In this document: piece by piece, positions 10,786 to 24,971 of the stretch
Numbering within the stretch: position 1 is the stretch's first letter
Layout of the letters: each line of letters begins with the position of its first letter
Assembly (NCBI RefSeq): GCF_009914755.1
Contig: NC_060944.1
Direction: 5' to 3' (one strand)
DNA from: the human T2T-CHM13v2.0 reference genome, Homo sapiens
Length of the DNA stretch: 64,000 nucleotides
Notes under the pieces: model-generated
What the model saw: only the letters and a program-made list of their open reading frames with translations
Databases searched by the model: none
Told to the model about the DNA's origin: nothing
Program-made: the position numbers and the translations under genes

Positions 10786-11010
10786 CATGGCCTGGGGGGA
10801 CGGGGGGGGTGGGACACCCGGGTCCTCGGCCTGTGCGGGGACGGCATCGGGGGACAGTGGGGGTGGGACAGCCCGGATCTTCAGCCTGTGCGGGGACATG
10901 GCCTGGGGGGACGGCAGGGGTAGGACAGCCCGGGTCCTCGGCCTATGTGGGGATGGCCTCGGGGGACAGTGGGGTTAGGACAGCCCGGGTCCTCCAGCCT
11001 GTGCAGGGGC
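10786..11010. repeat. Degenerate ~55-bp G-rich tandem repeat, 4 copies
   Basis: Recurring GGACAGCCCGGGTCCTCGGCCTGTGCGGGGA-like core. Confidence 0.8.
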
Positions 11011-12038
11011 TGCACCGTGTTCCGCCCACTCTCCCGCCGCCCTCCGTCACGTTCAGACCGATGGCTTCCTTGACACTGTGTCTGCACAGCCAGCAGGCAG
11101 CAGGGGCTTGCGGGGCAAAGTCGAGGCATTTTGAACCCCAGGTTCAAATGGGGTTCCCATCTTAAAATGTTTGAATGGAACCAGTCGTTTGCCTCCTCCC
11201 AGGAAGCTGGCTGAGCTCTGAGTGATGGTTTAGGATCAGCAGCAGAGTGGCTGAGGGATGCTGGGCGCTGGGGACCGAGGCTCTGAGGGCATTCCTCGCC
11301 TCTGGAATCAGGCCTGGTCTGAGGGTAGGGTGCCCTTTGACACGTGGACTGCTGACCCCATGGCCCCTGGAGTCCTGGGGACAGATGGTTCTGAACTGGA
11401 TTCTGACCCCAGGGAGAGTTCTGTCCATAGGAACCAGGACCCCTGGGCACACCCAGACCCTGCTTGGCGTCTGCCCTTCCCCACCCGGCTCTATCCTTCT
11501 CCACAGGGTCTTCCTGTGAGACCACACCAGGACGAGGGGACCCAGCGAGGGCGCCTGAGTGTGGACCACTCGTGTTGCAAATCACAGGAAAGCTGACGGG
11601 CTGGCGAGCAAAGGGAAGATGAAACCCTGCCCAGATGGGTCCAGGCTGCCACCGAGGGCCTGATGTGAGTGTCCTGGCCATGGGCCCGGTTCCGATCTGC
11701 CTGGAGGCTGCAGCGGCCTGGACCTGGGCAGTCTGAGCTCAGACCTTCCTCCCGTGGCCACTGCGGGGATCATGAGGGCAGGCCCAGCCCAAAGCACAGG
11801 AGTCCTTGGACCGGGGGGCAGCTGACCCCTGGAGCCCCCAGGCTAGGACCTCTGCTAATCTCTTCCCTGGTGTGTGGCGAGTCCTCGCTCAGGCCTACGG
11901 CCGTGAGCAAGGCCCTGCTGGGCGTGAGGTCCCTTCCAAGTGGGGAGGTCTCTCGCCTTGCCCCAGACGGGACAGACTCAGAGCTGCCACCTCTGTAGCC
12001 GTCTCCCGCCCCACTGCCTGCAGAGGCCCCATACTCAC

Positions 12039-12099
12039 AGCTGTCCTCTTCCTCCGTAAACACGCTGACCACCTGGCAGCCACAGACAAAGCCCAGAAG
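12039..12099 (-). CDS. NKAIN4: NKAIN4 exon 5
   Basis: LLGFVCGCQVVSVFTEEEDS; flanked by AG and GTGAGT. Confidence 0.95.
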
Positions 12100-13830
12100 C
12101 TGAAAGACACCACAGGCAGGGGCGTGAGTGCGGCCAGGCGAGCCTGTGGGGTGTCATTGCGGCGATGTGGGCCGAGGCACTGGAGCGCCCCTGACCACCA
12201 AGGCCCTGCCTCTCCTGGACCTCAGGTTCCTCCTCTGTGACTTGGAGTGGGAGAGCTGACCCGTGGGTATCCTCAGCTCTCAAGCTCCGGACGCACCCCT
12301 GCCTTCCACCCCACCCCACTCAACTGGGTAGGGGGCAGGTGGGTGAGGATAATGGATATTGGGTGGGGAAGATGAGCAGGTCAGCCTGAGTGGCTGCAGG
12401 GAGCGGGGTGAGGACACAGAAGCCCAGGCTGGATGAACCCCAGGCCAGCACAGTCCCAGCCCTGCGTCCCCTCGGGCCTCTTGCCTTTGGCCCCAGCCCA
12501 CTCCAGCCAGCAGCCACCAGGGGTTCCTCCTCCTCTGTGGAGCAAGCCATCTGGGATTCTGGTTTTGAGCCCGGCAAAGTGCAGGAGAGACAGGCTGAGG
12601 ACTCGGGGTCCAGCGGGCAACTCCGGGCAGAGTTGGGGGCTGGCTGCTGCCTTTGGGGCAGGGGTCAGGCAGGGAGAGGGGAGGGACTGGGAGTCCAGGG
12701 CAGAGGGCAGGCCGCTGCAAAGCCCCACACACCTCGCAGACACCTGCATCCAGGGCCACTGAGGGAAAAAGGGCTCTGGCAAAGGGGGGGCAGTGCTGCC
12801 GCAGCCAGAAACACCAACAGCATGAGCGAGAGGGCCTGGCCAGGGGCACTCCAGGCCACAGACACCGAGGGAGGCGGCAGTGGGTCTGTGACTGGAGGGA
12901 CCCCGGAACGAGGCAGGAAACCTTCCTGGTTGCACCTCAGGCCAACCACTCAGCAGCCGGGTGACCCCAAAAATTCACTTCATCTTCTGGTCTTGGTTTC
13001 TTCCTCCATAGACTTGGCCCAACAGCCCCCCGTGAAGGCCACCGTGCCCAGGAGAGGAGACAGGACACGCAGGCCAGGCCCCAGGGCTGGACATGCTTGG
13101 GCTCCATCCCCCCGACCCCCGACCCCATCTGGTACAGGCAAGTTGGTGGTTGCTTTCCTGGAAATCCAGCTCCTTTCTAGGGGTCAGTCAGGGGCCAGGA
13201 GACCTCTCTTACCACCAAGCAGGCAGACCTATCTCCTTGATATTGAGACAAGCTCAAGAAGCTGTCCCAAATGGCCATTTCTGGTTCCATGCCACGGCCA
13301 GGGTGGGAGCAGCGGTGAGGGTGGGCAACCTCCACGGCTCGTCCCCCTCCTCACCCCAAAGGAGCCCAAGACGCCCCCATCCCGGAGCTGGCCGTGGCGC
13401 CGAACAGGCAGCCGAGCTTGGGGAGCCATTGGAAGATGCCCCTTCCAGCCGGTGCCCTCCTGCCTGGGGACCTGCAGGCCACCTCTGTCCCACACCCCCG
13501 TGCTCCCCGCCCTGCACACCACCGCCTCCTGCCCATTCTCCTGGCTCCAGCCCCAGGTCCACCCCAAAGCTCTCCCCTCTCCCTGCTGCATGGAGGCCTG
13601 GGATCTGCAGGCCCCGCACCCCAACCCCCAGAGCCTGGCCTTGTCAGACGACTCTCTTGCCACCACCATTTCCATCCCCAGCACAGCTGGGCAGAGGCCA
13701 ACCAAGCCGCCAGCCTCTCCCAGACCCTCCAAAGCAAACAGCAGGGGCGAGATCCTAGCGAGGACTAGCTGGCTGGAATTTAGAAACTACATCCTATCAA
13801 AGAAATTCCCATCCCTGGGAGTCAGGATAA

Positions 13831-14243
<413 letters not shown>

Positions 14244-15591
14244 TAGCTTCCTTTCTGTTGCCTCCTCACAAAGCCTAATCTCAGGAGCTTTGATGTGCAC
14301 ACTTGGGAAATTGGCTTTCTCCTCCAGTGGCAGGCACCTGGGTTCCACACATTTTGGGGGCAATTGGGGCCCCCTCTGTGCCTTGCTGACTGGCTTTGGT
14401 GGGAGAAACAGGCCCCGACTGGAGCTGGCAGGGTGCGTCTGTGGCCCCTTGCTATGGGGCAGCACCTTCCTGGCCTGATTTCCTGCAGGACCAGAGCAGA
14501 GCCCAGGAAGGAGCCCCGGGAGCTCACGAGGCCACCCGCACCGTCACGTGTGCTCAGGCCACGGGCTCCTTAGATTTGGAATTCAGCTCCCACCGCCAGC
14601 CGCCGGCCATGGAGCCTCGCTCCTGGAAGCCCCAGGTCCACCTGGTGTGTTGCGTCGACACCACCGTGCGCACCAGGAAAAGCCAGGGAGCCTCGAGATC
14701 GGTCAGAAGTTCCTCCAGCGACGGCACCAGCCGTGCTGCAGTCACATTGGCCCTGCCCCCGGAGCTCTTGAGGTGAAACGCTGACCGAGCACCCTCCACA
14801 CACCCGCCTCAGCTTTTGCCTCTTTCTGAGCACTTCGAGGAAGGCACTGACACCATCTGCATTTTACAGAGGCGGGAGCTGAGGCACACGGAGGTTGTTA
14901 GGCTCACAGAGGCGGCACAGCGGGGAAGTGGCCGTGTGGCCATACCAGGAGCAGCATCGTAGCCCCTGTTCTCTACCAACCCGTGCAGGGCCGGAGAGGA
15001 CGGCAGAGTCCCGTTCCCGCACAAGCAACAGCTGCTCCTCAGCGCCACCCGGGGCCACAGAATCCCTGTCCGGTCAGACCTGGGTCACGTGGCGCCAGCC
15101 TTGCCAGGTGCATACTCCAGGGTTCCCGACAAGGCTGAGGGGCTTCTTGCCAGCCCAGCCTCAGGCTCTGTCCACTTCCTGTGACCGGCATGGGCTCGGG
15201 GCAGCCGAGGGAACAGGCGGGACACGCATGGATGGGTTTGTCAGGAAGATGCATGCCCCTCCTCCTTGGGGCCGTCAAAGCCAGAGGCGGGGTGTCTCGG
15301 CCTGATCCGATTCCTTCCCACTCCCCACAGCAAACACCACGCTCAACTTGAGAAAGCGCCTGGGTTGGCCCCGCCTGGGGGAGGTGGTTTGCAGAGGAGG
15401 CACTGAGGTGCCAGCCACATGGGACCCACCCGTGATACCTTAACCTCTCCAGCAAGGGTGGGGGATGAGGAAGGCAGAGACACGCCTGAGGCCAGGTCAG
15501 CTGGCCCCGCCTCAGGGAGATGAGCCCCCAGCTCCATGTCCCCTCCCCCATCAACCCATCCCCACCCGGGGGCCCCCTTCCCCACGCTCAC

Positions 15592-15789
15592 CGCGATCAG
15601 GATCTGCAGGCAACTGTGTAGGGCCTCCACATAGCTGGGCTCCAGGGCACAGCCAGCACCTGACACCAGGGCCTGGCCATGGGGGGCCCCGAGGCCCACT
15701 GCTGGCACCTCCTCATGCAGACAGCCTGGCCAGCGCTCACGCCACCAGGAGCGATGCCGGGAGAGGCTGAAGGTCAGTAGCTCGCTGTC
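15592..15789 (-). CDS. NKAIN4: NKAIN4 exon 4
   Basis: [23 protein letters not shown]...[21 protein letters not shown]; 198 nt, AG/GTGAGC. Confidence 0.96.
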
Positions 15790-16768
15790 CTAGGGGAGAG
15801 GTGCAGGAGCAGGGCCGGTTAGCACCAGGAGGTGGGCGGCCTCACCCACTGCAGCCTGCGGGGACGCCACCACACCGAGGCAAGGGGAGGTCCTGTCCTC
15901 TCACCTCCCCTGTCCTCCCACTGCACCCCGCCCCCAGGGCTCCAGCCATGGTGGGGAAAGGAATACCAAGGCCCTCCCAGCCGCTCCTGCGCCTGCCCTC
16001 GACCCACACACCTCCTCCTCCAGGAAGGCCTCCCTGCCCAGACCCCAGAACTCGCTCTCAGGGGCACCGGGCCCCTTCCTCGTGTCGCTGGCCAAAGCTG
16101 CCATGTGACGTGTGTCTGCCTCGGGACAGTCTTCCCGGCTGCAGCCCCAGGTGTGGTTCCAGGAAGCGGGGGCCCGTCTGCCTGGCTGGGCACCTGCCCC
16201 AGTGCCCACCTGTGCTACACTGGCCAGAGCAGAGAGCCCCTGGGGGAGACCAAAATCCATCCACCCTGGCTTTAGGACCACCCTCTGAGCTGTAAGCAAA
16301 GTGCCTGAAACAGCCTCGGTCAGGGTGGGCTCAGCAATGGCCCCCACCCTGTTTCCCCTGAACAGCCTCGGTCAGGGTCGGCTCAGCGATGGCCTTTTCC
16401 CACCCCCTCCCCCCACGTTTCCCCTGGTTCCCTGCATTGCAGGAGGCACGAGGCTTTACCAGCCTGGAGGGTTGGTCGGGCTGGGACAAAGGACCCCACG
16501 TGGCCCCAGGAGGGTGGTGTCCATTCACCTGCAGATCTCTGCCAGGGTTTGCCCCTGCTCTGAGGCCCCTCTTCCCCAGCTGGAGCCCCCTCGCCTGCCA
16601 ATACCCACAGACGCCTTTCTTTCACCAATCAAATCACTGGTCTTTCCCCAAACCTTTACTGAGTTACCAACTACAGACCAGGGCTGTTCTGGGTGCTGGG
16701 GACAGAGCCATGCACAGACTGAGCCCCTGCCTCAAACGACAGATGAAAAGCAAACACAGGGGGTGTTA

Positions 16769-16909
<141 letters not shown>

Positions 16910-17909
16910 CTAGGGAGAGGAGAGGATGGGGCGGCGGCTGAACACAGCTCCCGGGCACACCTGCTTGCATCCAGCCCCCGGGGGAAGGGGTCCCATGATC
17001 GCATAGGAGGGGCGGCCTCTGCTCCTGAGTCTGGCGGCCCCCAGATGCACAGCATGGAGAAAGGGGTCCCCCAAGCCCACCCTGGGACACGTCTCAGAGC
17101 TTTCCCACGTGGGTGCCCCGGGAATGAGGCGGTGGGACAGCCAGCTCAAGGGAGCCCCAGCGCAGGTCGGCGTACGGACACAGCATCCCTGGCTGAGCTG
17201 CCGTGACCTGTCCTCGCCTCACCGGGCTGACATTACACGTGGACAGCACAGGCCTCCACTGCAGAGCACCCCAGAAGCCACCCCCAAGAGAGCACCCCAA
17301 AGAGCTGCCAGCTGCTTTTGTAAATAAAGTTTTGCGGACACAGCCACACCCATTTGTGCACACACAGCCCAGCTGCTTTTGCGTTGGGACTGCACGGGCC
17401 ACAGCACCTAAGGTATTTACCATCTGCCCTTTACAGGAAAAGTCAGCTGCAAACTACTGGTCTGGACCAATGATTTGGTTCTGCACTGAATGAAAATGCT
17501 GACTGAGCAGAGAGACATTTTTCTGAACATTTTTTCAGCTTCTCCAGAGGATGCAGCAAGGACAGTACGGCCAGGGGTCTGCTGGGGTCCAGGTCCCACC
17601 CTGGGCTTCCGACAGTGATTCTGTGCCTGATTTCCCATCTGTAAAGCAGGGATCGTGGCAGCACCCAGATCCCTGGCTACTGAGGGGATGAATTCGTGAA
17701 GGCGTTCAGTGCCTGGGGCCCCCCAATATATGCAGCTGCTCCTTCAAGCAGCCTCGGAAAAGCCCCTCCGTCCGAACCAGAATTCTAGATGTCCAGGCAG
17801 CAAAGAGGTCTGAACCCAGGGGTCTGGGTTGGCATTTGTGGGGTGTTCAGTGGTGTCCAGGAAAATATGCCAGGATGGTGCCATGGGAGCCGCCATCCTG
17901 GTCACCTCA

Positions 17910-18086
<177 letters not shown>

Positions 18087-18910
18087 CTAGGAGCAGGGCG
18101 GGCGCCATGAAGGGTGGACCCGAGGGAGGCCCCAGGCCCGCCAGCCAGGTACTGGGCCAAGGTGACAGGATCTCAGCAGGGACTTCCTCCCCACACCCGC
18201 CCACCACACCTTTGTTTGACGAAGGACACCAGGGCTGTAACTCCTGCTCTGTGACCACCACCGAGCAGGCACTGAGCATCTACTGTGTGCTTGGCTCTTC
18301 CAAGAAGAATCCCCAAATGAGCCTGACAGGCCCCCTTGTGTCCCCGTGTGTCACCGTCTGTCCCCGGTGAGCGTTCCTCCCTTGAGTAGGCCCCATCCCC
18401 TCTGTCCCCAGTTTCCTCATCTGGAGAATGGGAACACCAGGGGCTGCTCTAAATCACGAACTGTGGGGCCAGGTGACAGACACACAGCCCAGAAAACGCC
18501 ACTCGGGGGGGTCGGATGGCCGGGAGGGACGGACGCGGGTTCACAAGAGTACTGGACGCCGAGGCCCCAGCCTGCAGCCTCCCCTCCACTTCAGGATATT
18601 ACAGGACTCTGTTGAACTGCCCTCTACACAGGGCCGAGAGAGAACCAATGAGGCGGGGAGGGAAAGGTGCCTGAGGAATATAAAGTTGGTATTTTATATT
18701 TAGGAGACCAAGAAAACCTGAGCAAAGCCATGACCAGGACGCTAACTGCAGGGACTGGCGCACTCGGCACCACCCGTCACCAGCTCCTTCCCACGTGCTG
18801 GTGAAGCACAACCCAGAGAAGAGAAGATGCTGTGGAACCCACCCCATCCCCCACCCCAGCCGCCCTATCCCCCACCCCAGCCACTCCATCCCCCATCCCC
18901 CATCCCAGCC

Positions 18911-19822
18911 AAAAGACACCTGGGCCCGGGGGACCACTACCACCAAGACGCAGAGACCAGTAGTGGCCCTGAATGCCAGGCTGTGCTGATATTTATTGGA
19001 TACAAGACAAAAGGGCAGGGTAAGGAGTGTGAGTCATCTCCAATGACAGGTAAGGTCACGTGGGTCACATGTCCACTGGCCAGGGGGCCCTCCCCTGCCT
19101 GGCAGCCGAGGCAGAGAGAGAGGAGAGAGAGAGAGAGAGACAGCTTACGCCATTATTTCTGCTTATCAGAGACTTTCAGTACTTTCACTAATTTGCTGCT
19201 GTTATCTAGAAGGCAGAGCCAGGTGCACAGGATGGAACATGAAGGTGGACTAGGAGCGTGACCACCGAAGCACAGCATCACAGGGAGACGGTTAGGCCTC
19301 CGGATAACTGCGGGCGGGCCTGACTGATGTCAGGTCCTCCACAAGAGGTGGAGGAGTAGAGTCTTCTCTAAACTCCCCCGGGGAAAGGGAGACTCCCTTT
19401 CCCAGTCCGCTAAGTAGCAGGTGTTTTTCCGTGACACTGAGGTTACCGCTAGACCACGGTCCGCTTGGCAACGGGCGTCTTCCCAGACGCTGGCGTCACC
19501 GCTAGACCAAGGAGCCCTCTGGTGGCCCTGTCTGGGCGTGACAGAAGGCTCACACTTGTCTTCTGGTCACTTCTCACTATGTCCCCTCAGCTCCTATCTC
19601 TGTATGGCCTGGTTTTTCCTAGATTATGATTGTAGAGCAAGGATTATTATAATACGGGAACAAAGAGTAATTGCTACAAACTAATGATGAATGATATTCA
19701 TATATAATCATGTCTATGACCTATATCTAGTATAACTATTGTTGTATTATATATTTTATTATACTGGAACATCTCGTGCCCTTGGTCTCTTGCCTGGGCA
19801 CCTGGGTGGCTAGCCGCCCACG
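18911..19822 (-). mobile_element. Solo LTR13-type (ERVK) LTR, apparently truncated at its 3' end, in NKAIN4 intron 1
   Basis: Minus strand begins CGTGGGCGGCTAGCCACCCAGGTGCCCAGGCAAGAGACC...CCAGTATAATAAAATATAT, matching the recalled LTR13 5' end; internal AATAAA at 18992-18997 (-). Confidence 0.78.
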
Positions 19823-21449
19823 AAACTCTTAGTCTCAGGCCTCCCCATCGTGCCCGGAGGACACTAACCTACGAGGAGGGATGTCTGCCCTGCCGGAGCC
19901 CCGGGGGGAAGGTAAGCGAGCCCCCCAAGGGGAGCAGTTCTTGCCCTGGCCCACTTTGCCTATGCCGGGCATAGTTCTGTGAGGTCTGGGCTGGCGGCTG
20001 GGACAAGCTGCACATCTCGGCTAAGGGGTCTCGGCCTGAGGAGCAGCCTCAGGTCTGGCTCCAGAATGGAGACCCTGCAGCACAGAGGGGCTGGGGGCGT
20101 CTTTTTCATCTCGAAGCCAAGGCTCCCAGAGGCTCAGGGCTCCATGACATGTGGCGACATGCATGAGCAGGGAGGCTCATGCCACCATGGAAGCAGGTGA
20201 CCCTGGTGGCCCTGCCAGGACCCAGCCCCAAACCCCTTCCTGGGCCTTTGGCTCCCAGGGTCTCCTCAATGCAGCAGGGCAGAGCCTGGGAATTGGACGC
20301 AGCACAGCCCGGCTCAGAGCCAGCAAAGTTCACACTGTTCTTTGGGGAGAAAGGCGCTCAGAAGAGATGCCTGGGCCCTTTGTCCTGTAGCTTGGTAACA
20401 CAAAATTCTCACACTTGTCAAAGAAAAAAGGGGGCTATCCAACACCCCCGCCCTTCCTCCCGGGCCCCCTACCCCCATGCAGTGACTAGAGCTGTGGTCA
20501 AGGACTCTTCTTCCCCAAGGCAGAGGAGGCACAGTGGGCTGCCAGATTGCCAACCCGGCCAGGACAAAAGGCCTTTGACAGCTCCCTGCTGCGGTTCAGC
20601 AGTGACCCAGAGGCTGGCCCTGAGAGGACACGGCTCTGCCCAGTCCCTGGAGAGTCCCCAGGTCTGCTAGTGAAGCCCTGCGGCCCTCAAGCCAGGATGA
20701 CTCTTTCCCTCTTGGCTGCAACCAAATTTCCAAGGGCCTGCATGTGCGCCCATCTGTCTACTGTCCACCGCAGAGGTGAAACGGGAACATGACCCCACCC
20801 GCCCCTCTGCACCCTGAGGTCACATCCGACCAGCACAGTCGTGCCTCACCCTGCACCTGAGACTGAAGCACCCATTTCTCCTGCCCAAACCCCAGCACCA
20901 TCAACCCCAGCACATCCTCACACCACCTTCAACAGATGGAAACCAATGTCACTAGTGTCCCCCAAAGCAGCCTCACTTCCTGACGCTCATGCATCACCAG
21001 CTGCCACTGGCCATGCTCCAAACTGGGGTACCGTCCAGGCTGGTGCCTGTCCTTCATGAGGTCATCCGACGGGCACTGGAGTCTTGAGTGCCCACCCTTG
21101 CTCTCCCCATTCCTGCTTCCAGCCCCTCCCCACCAGTCTCCTAAGGGACTCCTGCCATTGAGGAGCCACTCACTGAAAGATACCAACTGTTCCAAGGCCT
21201 GGGATGGTCCTTGGGCCCCCAGCCTGTTGCAGGACCTCAGGTTATCTCCGCGGCCCCAGTGAGCCTCCCAGGAAAGCTCCGGAAGCTCCTTCCTTCCTGC
21301 AGGAAGGACACGATGCCTCCGCCGTCCCTAGGTCCGCCCGCAAGCCTGTGCCCCTAAGCCGAGCACAGGACACCCAAGCTGCACAGCCACGGACTCCGAG
21401 GGTTTTGCTGCTCAAAACTCTGAAACAGCCCCTTCTGGCCCTTCTAGCT

Positions 21450-23000
21450 TCAAGAGGAGGAGGGGGGCGCGCGGTCCAGCTGCGCTCCGCAGCCCACAAA
21501 GCATCGTTTCCTTTTTAAGACGGGAGACCCAGGGCCAATTAGCATCGAAGCAAAGCAGCTTCCCCAGCCTGGACTGGCGAGGCCTTTGTTTAGCCCCCTC
21601 CCCCGAGGGCACCGGGCTCCGGGAAAGAATCCGCCCCCCAGGCGTCCCAGGGAGCTTCGGACTCCGGGGCAGAATGGAAACTTGGCCGAGGGAGCCCCGA
21701 CCAATCCCGACACCGAAGACGCCCGCGCTGCGCCCCGGGCATCGGCTCCAGCCCCTTCTCGCCTCCGCGTAGCTCCACGCCGGGCGGAATGGGGGGCGGC
21801 GGGGGCGGCGGGGGCGGGCGGGGCCGGTTTGCTCGCGGGTGGCCAGGACGCTCTCACCCCCCGCCCCCTACACTCGCAAACTCGCAGGCACAGCCTCCGT
21901 CATCGCCCCACCCGAATCTCAGAATCGGAACTTGGCCGCTCACTCGGCGCCCGGGGCCGGCTGCGGGAAACGCTCGCACAGACAGAGACAGGCGCGCACC
22001 CGGGGGCGCACCCGGGGCCACACACGCCTCCCCAGGCGATGGGGTCCAGGCGGCCCCGCCCGAATGCTTCCGTCCGGCCAGCCCATCCAGCCGCTGCCCC
22101 GCACCTGTCCCCGCCGCTCCGGACCCGCGGCCGCCCCCCGCGCACGCACACCGGGGACGGGACCCGGCGCCGCGACTCCCCACGCCCCGCAGGCGACGCC
22201 ACCTTCGGCCGTAGCAGCCCGGGGTCCGAGGCATCCCCCCTCGGAGCTGGCGCGGGACCCAGCGAACGGGCCCCGGGGCGGAGGGACGCTTCGGGACCCC
22301 ACAGCCGCCGTGGGTCGGGCACCGGGGGCTCCAGGAGGCTCGCGGAGGGGTCGCCACTCACCAGCTGAAAAGCGCAGAGGACGACGAGCGCGCAGCGGCC
22401 GGAGCAGGAGCCCATGGTGCCCGCCTATACAGGAGGCCCCCGGGTGCCCCGCGCTCGGCCCCCGCCCCCGCTCCGCCCGCTCCCCACGCGCCGCAGCCTC
22501 GACCCCGCCCCCTCCGCATCCCGTTCCCCCCTCCTCCCCGCAACCCCCGGCCCAGCCCCAGCCCCGGGTAACAGCTGCGCTGCGTCTCCCCTCCCACCCC
22601 CGCCTGCGGCCCCTGGGGGCTTCGCGCCGGCCGGAGAGGGGGACCCTTCTTAAAGGGGCGATGGCGCGGCCTCTCGGGTAGCGAGGGGCGGCGCCGCGGC
22701 CCCAGGACAGACCTGCAGCTGAGGGGAGCCCGCCCCGGACGCGGCAGGGATGACCGGCGTCCGCCCCCTCCTGCAGGATGACCTGCCCAGCACCTGCTCC
22801 CGCCGTGCGCCCTCCGGCGTGAGATCCCCATCAACCTTCCCCGTGTGGGGTCTGAGCGACCCGCATCCGCGAGGCGTTTTCTCTGAGAGTCTCAGAGATT
22901 CCTTGGCTTGGAGAAGTCCTGGACCCGGGTCCAGAGCTCAGAGGTCCCCTCCACGGGCGGGCGGGCCGAGGACTCAGGAGGAGGGAGTGAGCCGGGCTCG
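21450..23000. promoter_or_regulatory. CpG island / NKAIN4 promoter
   Basis: Dense CpG and GC boxes surrounding NKAIN4 exon 1; boundaries approximate. Confidence 0.9.
22362..22415 (-). CDS. NKAIN4: NKAIN4 exon 1 coding part (Na+/K+-ATPase interacting protein 4)
   Basis: Strong Kozak GCACCATGG; MGSCSGRCALVVLCAFQL; donor GTGAGT. Confidence 0.97.
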
Positions 23001-23724
23001 CCCACCTCCCACAGGGAGCTCCTCTGCTGGAAGGCTGAGACCTGAAGGCCAGGTCTGCTCCAACTGCCTGGACCGGCCTCCTGCCTGCGCGGGAGGGGCC
23101 TAGGGAGCCTCGGGTTGGGACAGCCTGAGGCCTTGTGCACGGTGGAGGCAGGACCCAGCTGCCCAGGGCAGGTCCTGGGGTCTGGATGGGGCTGAACCCC
23201 GTAAAGCCTGCGCTTCCGGAAGAAGCTTGCGCTGGAGGCAGGGAAGGGTCCCAGCCAGGCCCGAGAGGAGCAGGACGTGGATACAGTGAGCCAGAGTGTC
23301 AGCCGGTCGGAAAGCCCATGGGGGCAGAACAGCGGGAGATCAGGGCAGGTGGCCGGGCCAGGGCTGCCACTTGGTCTTTACTCAGTGGCAGGGCAGGCTC
23401 CCTGACTGCCACCCACCGCCTGAGGAGCCTGAGATGGGTTTCCCATGGCAAGCTGAATTCCTGCCCCACTCGAGATTTTATGAATTACTGAGGATTCTTG
23501 CCTTCCTAATTTTGGTTGTGTGTCCCACAGTCCCGGGGATCAGGAGGGGTTAACAGAAGACCAAGGGTCAGGTTTTCTGCACTGCGGGGAGCCACCCCAG
23601 ATCTGTAGTCCAGGCTCATGGGCGGGTGAGGGGGTAGCTTCCAAGCCCCAAAGGTTAGAGAGCAAAGGTGTGGCCAGTTGTGGAGGGAGGGGGAGCGTCA
23701 GGTTGTTTGCAGTGCTGGGGAGAT

Positions 23725-23870
23725 AAGAATATTCAGGAATCAGATGGTGGTGATGGTTGCACAGCTCTGTGAATATACTGCAGCCCACTGAGCACTACAC
23801 TGTAAAGGGGTGACTATTATGGTGTGAGGATTATATCCCGATTTTTAAAAGATGTGAAAAAATTAATGTT
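23725..23870 (+). mobile_element. Old L1M 3'-end fragment
   Basis: GGTGATGGTTGCACAGCTCTGTGAATATACT...ACTG resembles L1M 3' UTR ends. Confidence 0.55.
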
Positions 23871-24971
23871 TATTTATACGATATATAAGACATTGATTTT
23901 TAAATACAGCGGTACCATCCCCGTCCCCCATAACCCTGGTTCCTCCAGGCACTTGGAGCCATTGGTGGAAGGACGTGGACTCCTAGAAGGTGATTCGCAA
24001 AGGTGCCACGTAAGCAGAGGAGCCGGGTAAGCAGAGGCCCAGTGCCACGTAAGCAGAGGAAGGCCCGGAGCCGGCTGCTGAGGTCCTGAGGGAGAGGGAG
24101 GGGCACCTGCTCAGCCTTGCCTGTGTGTGTGGATCCTTCTCTCTCAGGGGAAGCTGCCTGGACATGCATGCGCCTTGCAGTTCTGTCCTGCCAGGCTGCC
24201 TGCTCTTCCTCTTGAAAGCAAAAGACTTCACTTGCTGAGGATGCAACGATGCTCTAGTGTCCCTTGCAGGAGCCAGTGTCAGAGCCAGGAGCCGTCGTGG
24301 GCATCCCCTGCTCCAAAGTTACGAGTTCTGGTGAAGGGGTCAGGACAGCCCCTTTGAGAGTTCAGCAGAGCAGGTCTGCACAGGTCCCACACCGTGCACA
24401 GCCCACACTCCACCTGCCCTGGTGCACACTGACGGCAGCAGCCAGCCGCGGGGACCCCAGGCGCAGTGTTGCCTCGTGAACATTAGAGCAGCCTCCAGAG
24501 GCGGGTTTGGTCTGCACACCTGGTTCGCGGGTGACACAGTTGTGACTTGGCCCAGGTCAGTTGTTGGGGCCTGGCCAGCTGTGGGTGGTGAGGTTTTCTC
24601 GGACGCTTCATCTGCTCTCGTTCTTGTTCGAATTCCTTCTGCCTAAGAATGACAGCTTTAAAAGTGAAATGGCAGCACGTCTCCATCATTACACAGAATC
24701 CCATGTGGGAAGACCCTAGTCGGAGGCCCCCACCCTTGCCCGGAACTGGACTTTGGGGCAGCAGCAAACTGCAGTGAGTGTGAGTCACACCTGAGGACAG
24801 GTGGGCTGTCTTCAGGCTCCCAACAGGTCTGTCGCTTAAGGGGCTGGGGAATGGGGGCTGGAATGCCACGGCCTGCCCACCTGGGGGACTCTGGGCAGAG
24901 CTGGAGCAGCCAGGCAGGAAAATATCCCCCAGTTTCCAGAGAGTAAAAGCTGATGGTCCTGCTGAGGTGTG

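Noticed and set aside
21450-22834. Multiple 120-280-aa ORFs on both strands
   Set aside because: CpG-island composition; only the 54-nt NKAIN4 exon 1 is supported
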